Assembly (NCBI GenBank): GCA_965203905.1
Contig: CBDBDQ010000005.1
Coordinates: 6,592,001 to 6,656,000 of the forward strand
Direction of reading: 5' to 3'
Length of the DNA stretch: 64,000 nt
From: Spirochaetia bacterium
Lineage (GTDB): Bacteria > Spirochaetota > Spirochaetia > SZUA-6 > Bin103
The position numbers and the translations under genes were made by a program. This document shows, in pieces, positions 40,654-51,485 of this stretch (position 1 is the first letter of the stretch; each line of letters begins with the position of its first letter). Below the pieces are notes generated by a model. That model saw nothing but the letters and a program-made list of their open reading frames with translations, ran no database searches and was not told the origin of the DNA.

Positions 40654-40681
40654 CCTGCAAAGCGAGTTTCCAAACCCGTGC

Positions 40682-42475
40682 TCAATGCCCCATTTCTTGC
40701 TTCAGATCATGGTCAACCCAGAGACGGGCGAAGATCGGAAATTTCAGCGCTCCTATTCCGGCTTCGCCGTTATATCCTTTGATCCACGGCTGCGTGACAT
40801 GAAATAATGGGGTGTCGGGACCCCATATTACCCAGTGATTCCTGATCAGGTGCATGTCCATCTCTATAAGAATCTGTTTCTGTTCCTCATAGGTGCCAGC
40901 GGCCAAGGCTCTTTCGTACAAGCCGTCGTAAACCGGGTCGTTGCTCGCAACTGCGTTCCACGGACTCTCGGAGGAAAAAACGCCCACTGACAGTATTGGG
41001 TCAGCTACACCTGCAGCTCTCGTACCGGTCATGTCAAAATCTCTGGCTCCTATAGCCGCCACAGCTACCGGGCGGTCAACCACCTCGATCTCCATATCGA
41101 CTCCAATCTCACGCCAGTATGCAGCGACCAACTGGTCATAGCTTAGATCCGACTGCGCGGCGCTGCGCAGTAACGCGAACTTGAATCTGACGCCGTCGTC
41201 GCCACGAGGGTATCCGGCCTCATCAAGCAGCTCCTCTGCTCCCTCAGGATCATAGGTGTAGGCATCCTTGACCTCCTGAGGCCACTCTTCGAACGGGACG
41301 TAGAACCCGAGCACCGATGTCATCCCCATAGGTGTGGTACTTCCATAACCCTGAAAGTAGCTGTCGTTGATCGTCTCCAGGTCCATTGCCATCTGCATGG
41401 CGCGGCGCACCCGGATGTCGTCAAAGGGCGGCTTGCTTATGTGCGGGGTAAAGACGTTTTCGTTACCTTCCGAGAACGGCCAAATAATGAGTTCTGGACT
41501 TGTCTCCTTGAGCTTTTCGATCAGGTCGATAGACCGAACTTGGGAAGTTCCCGCCCAGCCTACGAAGTCAACCTGACCTGCGCGTAGTGCCGCCAGAAAT
41601 GTCGCTTCCTCCGGCATGATCGTCCACCTCAACTCATCAATGTAGGGCAAACGGTTCTCCGGGAACTTCTCGTCGTAGCCCCAGTAATCAGGATTCTTGC
41701 TATAGGCAAGTAAGCTACCCTCGACATAGTCATCCAGCACAAAGGGACCGGTACCTACCAGGTTCCTCCAATCCTCCATGTTGCCGTGTTCATCGATTAC
41801 CTCGGGGGGGTAGATAACCATACTATACCAGTCCGTGACAACGTTCACCGTACGGAGGTACGGTTGCTTCAGCCTGAACACAACGGTGTACTTGTCTGTG
41901 GCCGTTATCGACTCCCATTGGGGACTCCCGAGCTCACCTATTCCCGGGCTCGGTTCCGTGAAGCCGCTTCCCATACCCAACATGCGATGAAAATTATATT
42001 CGACATCCGCGGCGGTGAACTCCCTTCCGTTCATCGGGGGCTTGTCGTGCCACCGAACGCCTTGGCGGATATGGAAGGTATAGGCGAGGCCGTCGGTTGA
42101 AATCTCCCAGCTTTCGGCCAGCGAACCCTGTATCACGTGAATAGGCATCACGTAGCCGCCCTGAAAATGATACTCGTCCCTTGGCTTTGCCCAGTCCAAC
42201 TTGCCCAGCTTCTCTACCACGCCACCGACGGGTATATGCGCTATACCTGCAGTGTAGGTGTCAAACTGCCATGTCCAATCGAGCTTCATCACCCCGGTTA
42301 TGGTCCCGCCGTACTCCGGCGCGGTCACCATCTTGCCGGTGCTTGGGTCCAGCACCATTTCCTTTTCCGAGGCGGCTGCCGGCTGCTCTTCCGCGGCAGC
42401 GGCCCAGAGGCCGGTGGCGGCCAGAACCAGGACCAACGCAACCGCGAAGGTGGTGCCAATCTTTACCAGTGTCAT
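40682..42475 (-). CDS. ABC substrate-binding protein family 5 (cassette 2)
   Basis: Same conserved blocks as the cassette 1 SBP. Confidence 0.93.
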   Translation of the reverse strand: MTLVKIGTTFAVALVLVLAATGLWAAAAEEQPAAASEKEMVLDPSTGKMVTAPEYGGTITGVMKLDWTWQFDTYTAGIAHIPVGGVVEKLGKLDWAKPRDEYHFQGGYVMPIHVIQGSLAESWEISTDGLAYTFHIRQGVRWHDKPPMNGREFTAADVEYNFHRMLGMGSGFTEPSPGIGELGSPQWESITATDKYTVVFRLKQPYLRTVNVVTDWYSMVIYPPEVIDEHGNMEDWRNLVGTGPFVLDDYVEGSLLAYSKNPDYWGYDEKFPENRLPYIDELRWTIMPEEATFLAALRAGQVDFVGWAGTSQVRSIDLIEKLKETSPELIIWPFSEGNENVFTPHISKPPFDDIRVRRAMQMAMDLETINDSYFQGYGSTTPMGMTSVLGFYVPFEEWPQEVKDAYTYDPEGAEELLDEAGYPRGDDGVRFKFALLRSAAQSDLSYDQLVAAYWREIGVDMEIEVVDRPVAVAAIGARDFDMTGTRAAGVADPILSVGVFSSESPWNAVASNDPVYDGLYERALAAGTYEEQKQILIEMDMHLIRNHWVIWGPDTPLFHVTQPWIKGYNGEAGIGALKFPIFARLWVDHDLKQEMGH

Positions 42476-43165
42476 ACGTAACTCCGTATGTGGATTATCG
42501 AGAGTATTGCGCAGCGGACGCCCGCTCCCTGGCTACTCTCGCGCCCGCAACGCGGGTGGCCAGAAAGAGTCAATGGCCTGAAGCGCGCGACGTGCGACTC
42601 ACCGGGTTCACGTCGCGCGTGCGAGCGGTTCTTTGAGTATTACTTGCACCTCGTGTGGGCCGCGAACACCCGCAGGGGGGCCGCCGGCGACCCGCGATGC
42701 CCCGAAGTCATGCACCGTGGCGTGCGACGACACGGCAAAGCGTAGAAGGGGGAATGCGCGGCCAAGCGGTCCGGGAGTCACCGGACCGCGGAAATACGCG
42801 CCCTCCCGGGTGCGCCCCGGACGCTGCGTCGGGAGGGCGCGTCCAGTGCGTTTCAACGCACAGATCAACCAGTGCGACAGGACCGGACGCCGCGGTTCAG
42901 GCGGCGGGGATCCAGGACCGTTGCAGCGGCCACCGAACGAACGTGCCTTGAGCCGACGCCGAAGGTAGTCGGCCGCAATCCGGATGCGCAACGCGAAGGC
43001 CGCCGGGCGCTCCGCCGAAGCGGTTAAAGAATTATCATATAAAGAGTTGACTCGTGATGCGTGGGCCCGGGGGGGGGGGGGATGCACCGGCCGCATCGCT
43101 GCCATCCGGTTACTGGGCGGACGGTCCTGATGGCGTATGATCCTCATCCGTTTGCCCCTTGGGGT
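42476..43165 (-). ncRNA. candidate long structured 5' leader RNA (copy A, intact)
   Basis: Homologous to 55629-55763 + 60085-60535; many hairpins with compensatory changes; two c(UUCG)g loops on the - strand. Confidence 0.55.
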
Positions 43166-43169
43166 TTTC

Positions 43170-43198
43170 ACTGTTTCACGCGCGCTTTGAGATGTCAA
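43170..43198 (-). promoter_or_regulatory. putative sigma70 promoter of leader copy A
   Basis: TTGACA-17 bp ending TGA-AACAGT; spacing conserved in copy B (60567-60539). Confidence 0.55.
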
Positions 43199-43295
43199 GC
43201 TCGCGAACTCAACGGACTCAATCCGACTATCGTCCCCACGTGCACGGAGTGACCGTGAGTCGTGAGTCGGGAAATCGTAGTCGGCGGCAACGAGG

Positions 43296-44224
43296 TCAGA
43301 CCGGCATGGTTCGCTTGGTGTAGGCGCGTCCCGCGGCGGCGAAGTCCGGGCTCGGACAGGTGAACACTTGGCCGCCACGGTCGATCATGGTGGGGAGGTC
43401 GTCGATCACGTGGGTCTTATGGAAGGCGACGCCGTGCTCGCGGCACGCCGCCTCCACGCGCCGGTCGAGTTCTACCATCTCGTCCGACCAGGGGTTGGGC
43501 AGGCTGCGGTAGCCGAGCGAGAGGCTCATGTCGCCCGGTCCCATCTCCGCGTATCCGATACCCGGCACGGCCAGGATCTCTTCGATGTGCGGAATTGCGG
43601 CCTGCGACTCGATCTTGACCCCGAGCAGGAGTTCGCCGTCGGGGTTCAGCGGCCACGGGTCCGCCTTGGCGAGGTAGGTGTCGCGATCAACGCCCCAGAT
43701 GTGGGCGGCGCTGCGCTCCGACCCGACGCCGCGCATGCCCACCCCGAGCCCGGCGCCGAGCCGGTTGACCGGGTAGCGGCACGCCTCCACGAATGCCCGT
43801 ACCGCGTCCGCGGTGGTGGCCTGACACAGCATGATGCCGTGCGCGCCACGCCCCAGGATCTGCTGAAACTGCCACAGGTTGGCCCACACCACCTCGCGCG
43901 AGTAGCCGCCCACCGGCGCCTCCACGATGATCGGCGGCGTGCGGTGGCCGCTGGGCGTCGGGCCGCCGTCTACCAGGCCGCCCAGGTAGCGCTGCAGCCC
44001 GGCCAGGTCGTACGCCCCATGCTCGAACCCGACGTTGATGTAGTCGGCCCAGGTGGCGGCGTCGACGGTGCCCTGTTCGTGGGTCAGGACCGGGCTGTCG
44101 TGCGCGGTCAGGGTGCCGGAAGGCCGGCTGTCGGCGGTCCAGGGTGAGCCGGTGTGACCGCCGGTGTAGTAGATCGGTTGCCCTTGAGCCAGGAGTTCGA
44201 TGGCTCGGTGATGCGCTGTGCCAT
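43296..44224 (-). pseudogene. HpcH/HpaI aldolase-like protein with a 5' frameshift (possibly a sequencing error)
   Basis: MAQRI then a 1-nt gap into RAIELLAQGQPIYY; FEHG, VKIES, MGPGDM. Confidence 0.75.
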
Positions 44225-44310
44225 GCCGCGTCAAGTGTATCAGGTCGGCGGTGCCGGCGGGAGCGAATTCAGGCCGGCGCCCTCCGCACCGGCGGGCGCC
44301 GGCAGCAGGG

Positions 44311-44964
44311 CTACCGCCAGCGGTCGATGTGGACGATTTCCGTGGCCGGGGGCCGCGCGGCCGGGCGCCACTCGCCGCCGGTGGTATAGGCAACCGGCAG
44401 CAGGCACACCTGCAGCACGTCGTCGGGCAGGCCCAGCAATTCGGCAGCCTCGCGTTCGCCGCCCAGGTGCACGGTGGTCAGCACGGAGCCGAGGCCGCGC
44501 GCCCGCAGCGCGAGCTGAAACGACCACACCGCCGGCAAGATGGAGCCGTAGCGACCGGCGAGGTTGGCGTTGGTGGGGTGTTCCGGCCAGCGTCCGGTGA
44601 TGCAGGGGATGACGTGCACCGGCACGCGCGCGAGCCGCTCCATCAGGAACAGCGCCGAGGCGTACACGCGGCGCGTCTGTGCGGTGCCGGCGTTCGCCAA
44701 GCCCTGACGCAAAGCGCGCTCCCCGGCGCGGCGGTAGATACCGGCGAGCGCGGCTCGGGTGGCGGCGTCCTCCACCACGATCCAGCGCCAGCCCTGGGCG
44801 TTGCCGCCGGTCGGCGCCTGCTGCGCCTGTCGAATGCAGTCGAGAATCACGTCCCGCTGGACCGGCCGGTCGTAGTCGAGCCGGCGGCGTACGGCGCGTG
44901 TGGTGGTCAGCAGGTCCTCCACGACCTGGAGATCGAGTGTGTTGGGCGCAGCAGCCACGGTCAC
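44311..44964 (-). CDS. nitroreductase family protein
   Basis: LLTTTRAVRRRLD, APTGGNAQGW, LRARGLGS. Confidence 0.9.
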   Translation of the reverse strand: MTVAAAPNTLDLQVVEDLLTTTRAVRRRLDYDRPVQRDVILDCIRQAQQAPTGGNAQGWRWIVVEDAATRAALAGIYRRAGERALRQGLANAGTAQTRRVYASALFLMERLARVPVHVIPCITGRWPEHPTNANLAGRYGSILPAVWSFQLALRARGLGSVLTTVHLGGEREAAELLGLPDDVLQVCLLPVAYTTGGEWRPAARPPATEIVHIDRWR

Positions 44965-45169
44965 TTCCGATAGCCGCAGCCCAATTCGCTGTTGGGGTAG
45001 CTTGCCATAGGAGGCAGTCTACGGACTCCGGGCGGCACGCGCCACGCCACGGCCCGCGCCGTGCAGCCTGCCGCCGGCGCGTTGAAGCGCCAGCGCCCAG
45101 CGGCCCCTTCGGCGGCCTGCTCCACGCTCAACCCCAGGGGCGCGGCCAGCCGCCCTGGTGCGCGCCAGC

Positions 45170-46090
45170 CATTCCACCAAAGTCAAGGACCGCCGCGACT
45201 GTTCGGCGGCGCTGGCGATGCCGGGCGGCGAGATCGGAGGTGGGGACGCCATTGCACCTGGGCGTGATGCCGGGGGTGATCCGCGCCATTCTCGCGAGCT
45301 ACCCGGTGGCGCAGATGCAGCCTGGCGACGTGTACGGCACGAATCTGCCCTACCCGGAGGGGCCGGGCCATCTGCCCGACCTGTCGCTGGTGTCTCCCAT
45401 CTTTCACGACGAACAGCCGATCGCGCTGGCCGCCTCCACCGCCCACCACGTCGACATGGGCGCTACGCACCCGGCAGCATGCCGTGCGTTGCCGGACGGC
45501 ACCTACCAGTTCGAGAACTGTCTGGACGACGACGGCGTGACCGACGAGCCGGTCAAGATCGCGGTGGCGATCCGCGTCGCCGGCGACGAGCTGACCGCGG
45601 ACTTTGCCGGCAGCAGCCGCCAGGTGCTCGGCCCACTCAACGCGCGGATCAGCGCCGCCCAGGCCGCGGTGTACTACACCTGCAAGGCGGTGATCGACCC
45701 CGACCTGCCCACCTGCGCCGGATCCTACCGTCCGATTCACGTGCACGCCCCCGAGGGCAGCATCCTGCAGGCGTCCTACCCGGCCGCGATCGGCCAGGCC
45801 AACATCCTCACCGATCAGCGCGTGCTGGACGTGCTGGTGGGCGCGCTGGCGCAGTGCGTGCCGGAGCGGGTGTGCGCCGCCTGCAGCGGCGAGATGAACC
45901 TGATCAACATCGGCGGCATCGACAGCCGCCCGGCCCGACCGAGGGGATCTACTACAACTACGTGGAGACCTATGCCGGGGGCCAGGGTGCCTCCCGCGAC
46001 CTGGACGGCGACGACGGCGTGCACACCCACTTGACCAACACGCGCAACGCCGCCGTGGAGGTGATCGAGAGCACCTACCCGCTTTACTCG
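45170..46090 (+). pseudogene. hydantoinase B/oxoprolinase remnant with internal deletions
   Basis: KDRRDCS, PLHLG, GHLPD, HHVDMG, LPDGTY, ETYAGGQGA, TNTRN..VEVIE spread over several frames. Confidence 0.85.
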
Positions 46091-46392
46091 CTGCTTTTTG
46101 GCAGCTTGAGCAGTCGCTCGCTGCGCCACACGCGGACCACTTGGACGTGGGCCTCGGCCCGCCGAGAGACAATGCGAAACGGTGGATGGATGAGTTCCCG
46201 AAGGGAGGGCTGATCGAACTCGGGCACGACTCGTCCGCTGTCGGGAAGATCGCCAAGCGTTTCGACTCGGGCCAGGATCTCCGCTACGATCCGGCTTCCG
46301 ACGTGCGGGATATCCTGGCTCTCATACCAGCCCACCAGATCCTGGAGATCGGCAAGGGCGGATTCCGAGAAGCGGATCAGTGTGTCAGGCAC
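46084..46392 (-). CDS. RelE/ParE-family toxin
   Basis: IRFSESALADL, PDSGRVVPEF, LRELI.PPFRIV. Confidence 0.85.
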   Translation of the reverse strand: MPDTLIRFSESALADLQDLVGWYESQDIPHVGSRIVAEILARVETLGDLPDSGRVVPEFDQPSLRELIHPPFRIVSRRAEAHVQVVRVWRSERLLKLPKSSE

Positions 46393-46396
46393 CCGG

Positions 46397-46666
46397 TTAC
46401 CCGAGTCCGAGGCGCTCCTTCACCTCTGCCAGGGACCACTGTCGGCCGGCTTCCAGATCTGCAAGCCCGGCTACCACGGCCCGCATGAAATCTCGCTCAT
46501 CCTCGGCTGCCTCGAAGTCGGCCACCGACTGAACGACGGCTACGCCGCGGCCGCGGCTGGTCAGCAACACCGGCCGGTGCGCCTCTGACGCATGCCTGAC
46601 CACCCGCCCCGGATTCACCTTCAAGTCGGTGAGGGGGACGACATCTTCCGAGAACTTGATGCCCAT
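46397..46666 (-). CDS. Phd/YefM-family antitoxin
   Basis: EDVVPLTDLK.NPG...RPVLLTSRGRGVAVV. Confidence 0.87.
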   Translation of the reverse strand: MGIKFSEDVVPLTDLKVNPGRVVRHASEAHRPVLLTSRGRGVAVVQSVADFEAAEDERDFMRAVVAGLADLEAGRQWSLAEVKERLGLG

Positions 46667-46971
46667 GACCGTCGATCCTTGTAGTCCATCCTCCAAAGAT
46701 GGTCCGACAATAGCACCACATAAGAGGTCCTGTCGACGTCCTCGTCGGCAAGGACGTGCGGCGGGGGCTCCGCAGACGCGCGCGTGGCGCATGTGGGGGG
46801 GCAGGCTGACGCTGTGGCGCGGCGAGGCCGAACGGAGCTACACCAGAACGAGACGGGACCGTCGAACAGTGCGCGGAGTGAGCATCGCCACCCGCACCGT
46901 CTCGTTCACGCCCAGCGCGGCTGCCCAGCGCGCGGCTGCCCGCCTCACAACCGCCCGGTCAGCGGGCTGCT

Positions 46972-47847
46972 CTACAGCGACGCACCGCGATCGGCGCCAA
47001 GACGGCCGCCACCGCCGCGCAGCCGCGGGTCGAGCAGGTCGCGCACCGCGTCGCCGAACATGTTCAGGCAGTATACGACAACCGTCAGGCACAACCCCGG
47101 CCACAGCGCCAGCCGCGGCGCCACCTCCATGAACTCGCGCCCTTCCCGGCTCAGCATCCCGCCCCAGCTCGGCACCGAGATCGGCAGTCCGAACCCCAGG
47201 AAGCTCAGCGCAGCCTCGCTGATGATCACGCCGCCCACGTTGATCGTGAAAATGATGATCACCGGGGCGGCGATGTTGGGCAGGACGTGGTGGATGAGGG
47301 TTCTCCACCGGGTGCCGCCGATCGCCTCGGCCGCCTGAAAGTAGGCATTCTCCTTGACGCCAATCACCGCGCCGCGGACCACTCGCGAACCGCCGATGCC
47401 GCCCGTCACCCCCAGCACCACGATGATCTGCGGCAACCCCCGCCCCACCAGCGACATGATGGTGAGCAACAGCAGCAACCCCGGGAACGCCATCCAGGCG
47501 TCGACGAAGCGCTGCATCGCCAGGTCGAGTCGACCGCCGAAGAACCCCGAGATGCCGCCGATCAGCACCGCCACCACGACGTTGACGGTGGTCGCCGCCA
47601 GACCGACGGTCAGCGAAATCCGGGCCCCAAAAAGAAGGCGGCTCAGCAGGTCGCGCCCCAGTTGGTCGGTCCCCAACAAGTACCGGTTGGACGGGGCCTG
47701 CATCCGATCGACGATGTTGACTTCATCATGCGGGTAAGGCGCCAGCACATCGGCAAAGATCGCCACCAGCATCAACAGCAGGATGACCACCCCGGCGATG
47801 ATGCTCAGTGGCTTCTCCTTGACCAGCCTGCGAAAGAACTCAGTCAT
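46972..47847 (-). CDS. ABC permease OppC-like (cassette 3)
   Basis: Intact near-identical paralog of 38772-39646. Confidence 0.93.
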   Translation of the reverse strand: MTEFFRRLVKEKPLSIIAGVVILLLMLVAIFADVLAPYPHDEVNIVDRMQAPSNRYLLGTDQLGRDLLSRLLFGARISLTVGLAATTVNVVVAVLIGGISGFFGGRLDLAMQRFVDAWMAFPGLLLLLTIMSLVGRGLPQIIVVLGVTGGIGGSRVVRGAVIGVKENAYFQAAEAIGGTRWRTLIHHVLPNIAAPVIIIFTINVGGVIISEAALSFLGFGLPISVPSWGGMLSREGREFMEVAPRLALWPGLCLTVVVYCLNMFGDAVRDLLDPRLRGGGGRLGADRGASL

Positions 47848-48841
47848 AGCGGACCCTGGGGTCCAGGACCGCGTAGACCAGGTCGATGAACAGGTTGATC
47901 AGCACCACCCGGGTGGCGAAGAACAGGTTGATGCCGGAGACCATCGGATAATCCCGGTCATTGAGGGCATTCAGCAGGAGGCGCCCGAGCCCCGGCAGGT
48001 TGAAGATGTTCTCCATGATCACGGCGCCCCCGACCAGAATCGGCAACTGCAGGCCGATCAGGGACACCACCGGGATGAGGGCGTTCTTGACGGCGTGCCG
48101 GACCACCACCGCCCGCTCCCGCAAGCCCTTCGACCAGGCCGTCCTGATGAAATCCTGCCGCAGCACCTCCAGCATCATGGTGCGGGTCATCCGCATGGTG
48201 GCGGCCGCCGCGGCCGTGCCCAGGATCAGGCTGGGGACGAGGAACACCGCCAGATTCCCCAGCGGGTCTTTCGTGAACGAAATCAGCTCCAGCGGCGGTG
48301 CCCAGCCCCACCAGATGGCCGGGTAGATCATCACCATGATTCCCAGCCAGAAGTTCGGCGTGGCCAGGCCGACGATGGCGACCGAGCGCCCCAGGAAGTC
48401 GGCGACGGTATCCTGGCGAATCGCCGAGTAGATGCCCACCGGCAACGCGATCACCATCCCGATGAGGATTGCCATCAAACCAAGCTCGATGGTTACCGGC
48501 AGTCTATCTACTATCTTCTGCTCTACCGCCAAACCGCCATACAGTGATTCGCCCAGGGTGCCCTGGAGGAGACCCTTGAAGTGGGACTCATCGGTAACCC
48601 GGTCAGGGGTCGGCAACACTCCAATCCAGCGTCCGTACTGCACCCAGACAGGCACATCCAATCCCAGCCGACGCTCGAGCGCCGCACGGTCAATCCCCCC
48701 CGTTACGTAGATCTGCACCCGAGCCTCCAATACGTCTATGACATCGCCGGGGATGAAGCGGACCGAGAGAAAGACCAGGATGCTCAAGATAAACAGGGTG
48801 GGGACGACCAGCAGCAGCCGCCGGATGATGTAGGCTCTCAT
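47840..48841 (-). CDS. ABC permease OppB-like (cassette 3)
   Basis: MRAYIIRRLL...LDPRVRYD. Confidence 0.93.
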   Translation of the reverse strand: MRAYIIRRLLLVVPTLFILSILVFLSVRFIPGDVIDVLEARVQIYVTGGIDRAALERRLGLDVPVWVQYGRWIGVLPTPDRVTDESHFKGLLQGTLGESLYGGLAVEQKIVDRLPVTIELGLMAILIGMVIALPVGIYSAIRQDTVADFLGRSVAIVGLATPNFWLGIMVMIYPAIWWGWAPPLELISFTKDPLGNLAVFLVPSLILGTAAAAATMRMTRTMMLEVLRQDFIRTAWSKGLRERAVVVRHAVKNALIPVVSLIGLQLPILVGGAVIMENIFNLPGLGRLLLNALNDRDYPMVSGINLFFATRVVLINLFIDLVYAVLDPRVRYD

Positions 48842-48960
48842 GTCTTCGTAGTAAATGGGCGCCGGGAAGATCGAGGCTCCCGGCACCCTTCTCTGCAGGC
48901 AGAACGAGCGCGAAACGCCCGCGGACCCCGCTGCCAGGCGTGGTCCGCGAACCCGTTGGC

Positions 48961-50741
48961 TCAGAATCCCATTTCTTTCTTCAGCGCACTATCAATCCAG
49001 AGGCGGGAGAAGATCACTTCCTCCCCCCCGCTTAATATCATTTCACCGTTGTAGCCTATGAGCCATGGCTGGTTCACCGAAAACTGTGGAAGCAACGGAC
49101 CATATATCGTCCAATATTGCTCCAATGCGTACATGACCAAGTCTGGCACCAGCCTGTCCCGCTCCTCGATGGTGGTCGCGGCTGCGGCTGCGGCATGCAT
49201 GGCGTCATAAGTCGGGTCGCTGACGTTGCTATTTACACCATCCGTGGTAAACCCACCCATGATTGACACCGCCCACTGCATGGAAACAGCATACGCCGTA
49301 TCGTTACTGGTCATTTCGTATTCCTGAGCTGTTCTTCTGGGGCCCCATGCAGCTGCTGGCGTTACTTCAATCTCCACGTCTACGCCAATCTTATCCCAGT
49401 ATGAAGCGGCTAATTCCGCATAGTTTAGATCGAAGCGCTCGAGATGCATCAACTTAGTCTTGAATCTAGTTCCGTCCGCGCCGCGAGGATACCCAGCCGC
49501 ATCAAGCAACGCTTCGGCCCCTTCCGGGTTATACGTGCGGGCCTTCCGGAGCTCTTCGGGCCACTCTTCGAATGGGATGGACCCACCTTTCATGAAACGG
49601 CCCAGTCGCCCTTGAGGTATCGGGTCTCCAAAACCCTTGAAGTACGAATTGTTGATTGTCTCGAAGTCCAGTGCCATGTTCATTGCCTTGCGCACCCTGA
49701 TGTCGTCAAAGGGTTCTATCTGAGTGTTCATGGCAAAACCATTATCCGACCGAAACCGTACCGGCCATAATTCGACTTCGGGATTGGTCCGCTGGATGCT
49801 CTCTACCTGCTCGACAGTCCTGAGTTGAGCTACCCCGGCCACACCGACGTAATCAACCTTGCCCGTGCGCATTGCCGCCAGTTGTGTTGCCACTTCGGGC
49901 ATAATCAGAGCCCTTAACGTGTCAACATACGGCAAGCGGTTCTCCGGGTATTTTTCGTCGTAGCCCCAGTAGCCAGGATTCTTGCTATAGGTGATAGAGC
50001 TGCCCTCGGTCCAGTCAGTCAGCTCAAAAGGACCGGTGCCGACTAGGTTCCTCCAATCCGTTACATCCCCGTGTTCCTCGATCACCTCGGGGGGGTACAT
50101 GACAGCAAGGGAGTCGTCGAGGATAACCATCAGCGTAAGGAGATTTGGCTCCTTCAGCTTGAAAACAACGGTCGATTTGTCGGTGGCCGTTATGGATTCG
50201 AATGACACCCTGGTCAAGAGACTATAAGCGGCGCTGGGTTCGGTGAAGCCGCTGCCCAGACCCAGAGTACGGTGAAAGTTGTATACGATATCGTCGGCAG
50301 TCAGCTCCCGACCGTTCATTGGTGCCTTTTCGTGCCAGTGAACGCCCTGGCGGACTTTGACGATAACGGTTTTGTCGTCGGGCATTTCCCAGCTTTCCGC
50401 CAGAGCCCCCCTCGTGTAATTTGGAGCGGCCATAGTCGGGAAGCTATATTCGTCCCTGGGCGTTGCCCAGTCGCCGATGCCTAACTTCTCTACGACCAGG
50501 CCCGCGGCCACCACACCCCCACTCAAATGTTTGTCAGTATGCGAAGGCGATTCTTTCTTGACGTAGGTTATGGTCCCGCCATACTCCGGCGCGGTCACCA
50601 TCTTGCCGGTGGTCGGGTCGGTCACCATTTCCTTCTCCATCGCCGCGGCCGGCTCCTCCTCCGAGGCAGCCGCCCAGAGGCCGGTGGCGGTCAGTGCGAG
50701 GCCACACAGCACGGCGAGCGAATGCGCATTACGAAATGCAT
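48961..50741 (-). CDS. ABC substrate-binding protein family 5 (cassette 3), probable frameshift in the signal peptide
   Basis: AGGAG RBS precedes ATG 50741 (MHFVMR), out of frame with LAVLCGLALTATGLWAA; body intact. Confidence 0.85.
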
Positions 50742-51283
50742 CAGATAACTCCTGTTGCTCAAGAGTACTGAATCGACTGCCGGCCCCTCGCCTACTCTCG
50801 AGTTATGCCTGCTTCAACGCCGGCGAGCACAAGCGAGGGCGACAGCGCGGGTCCCCAGGCGGTACGGCGCTTGGAGACGAGCCGGGTTTAGTCGTAACCG
50901 GTCTTGGGTGCCATCCCATCCTCCTTTGACGTGCGCGCACCACCGGCCGTTCGGATCGCGTCGGGACCTGCGTCCCAGCGTCCACGCGGCTGGCGAGGCG
51001 AGTTGGATTGGCCGGCGACGCCGACGGTGGAGTTGACGAGTGGTTGATGAGGCCCGTGCGCCGGTCTCGGCGCTGGGCGGACACCGCGCGAGGCGTCGGG
51101 TCGGTTAGCCGTGTTGGGGGGAGGAGGGGGGGTACGGCTATGGACGGGACGTTCGTGACGTACATAGCACTCTCGGAAACAGGAGAGCACGGAACGAGGA
51201 TAATGTCAACAAGCATTCTTGCCGCCGTGTCGGCGGCGTTTGCAATACAATGTGCTCGACCAACGGACAGGAGGCTACGTCAC

Positions 51284-51428
51284 GTGCCCAAATTTGTGTT
51301 CATGCCGCCGCAGGACGATGATCGACGGCTGTTTGCCGCCCGCCTGGCGGAGACCGTTCCCGAGTACGACGTAGCCTCGCCCGAGACGGACGATGAGGCG
51401 CTTGAGGCGGTCCGCGACGCCGACGCGG
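51284..51428 (+). pseudogene. N-terminal fragment of a D-2-hydroxyacid dehydrogenase-like gene
   Basis: AGGAGG RBS; VPKFVFMPPQD...EALEAVRDADA, then similarity stops. Confidence 0.5.
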
Positions 51429-51485
51429 GCCGTCGACATGCAGCGCGGCCTCACCTACAACCCCGCCCACGACGAACGTCTTTCT

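Noticed and set aside
42620-42680. + strand FEYYLHLVW (also at ~60125) resembling the IS200/RAYT YHLVW motif
   Set aside because: No start or RBS, the frame breaks in copy B, and there is no downstream HUH or catalytic Tyr motif; kept only as an alternative explanation for the leader region.
42476-43165. Known riboswitch (cobalamin, TPP, SAM, T-box) in the SBP leader
   Set aside because: I could not find the diagnostic consensus boxes by eye; a cmscan run is still needed.
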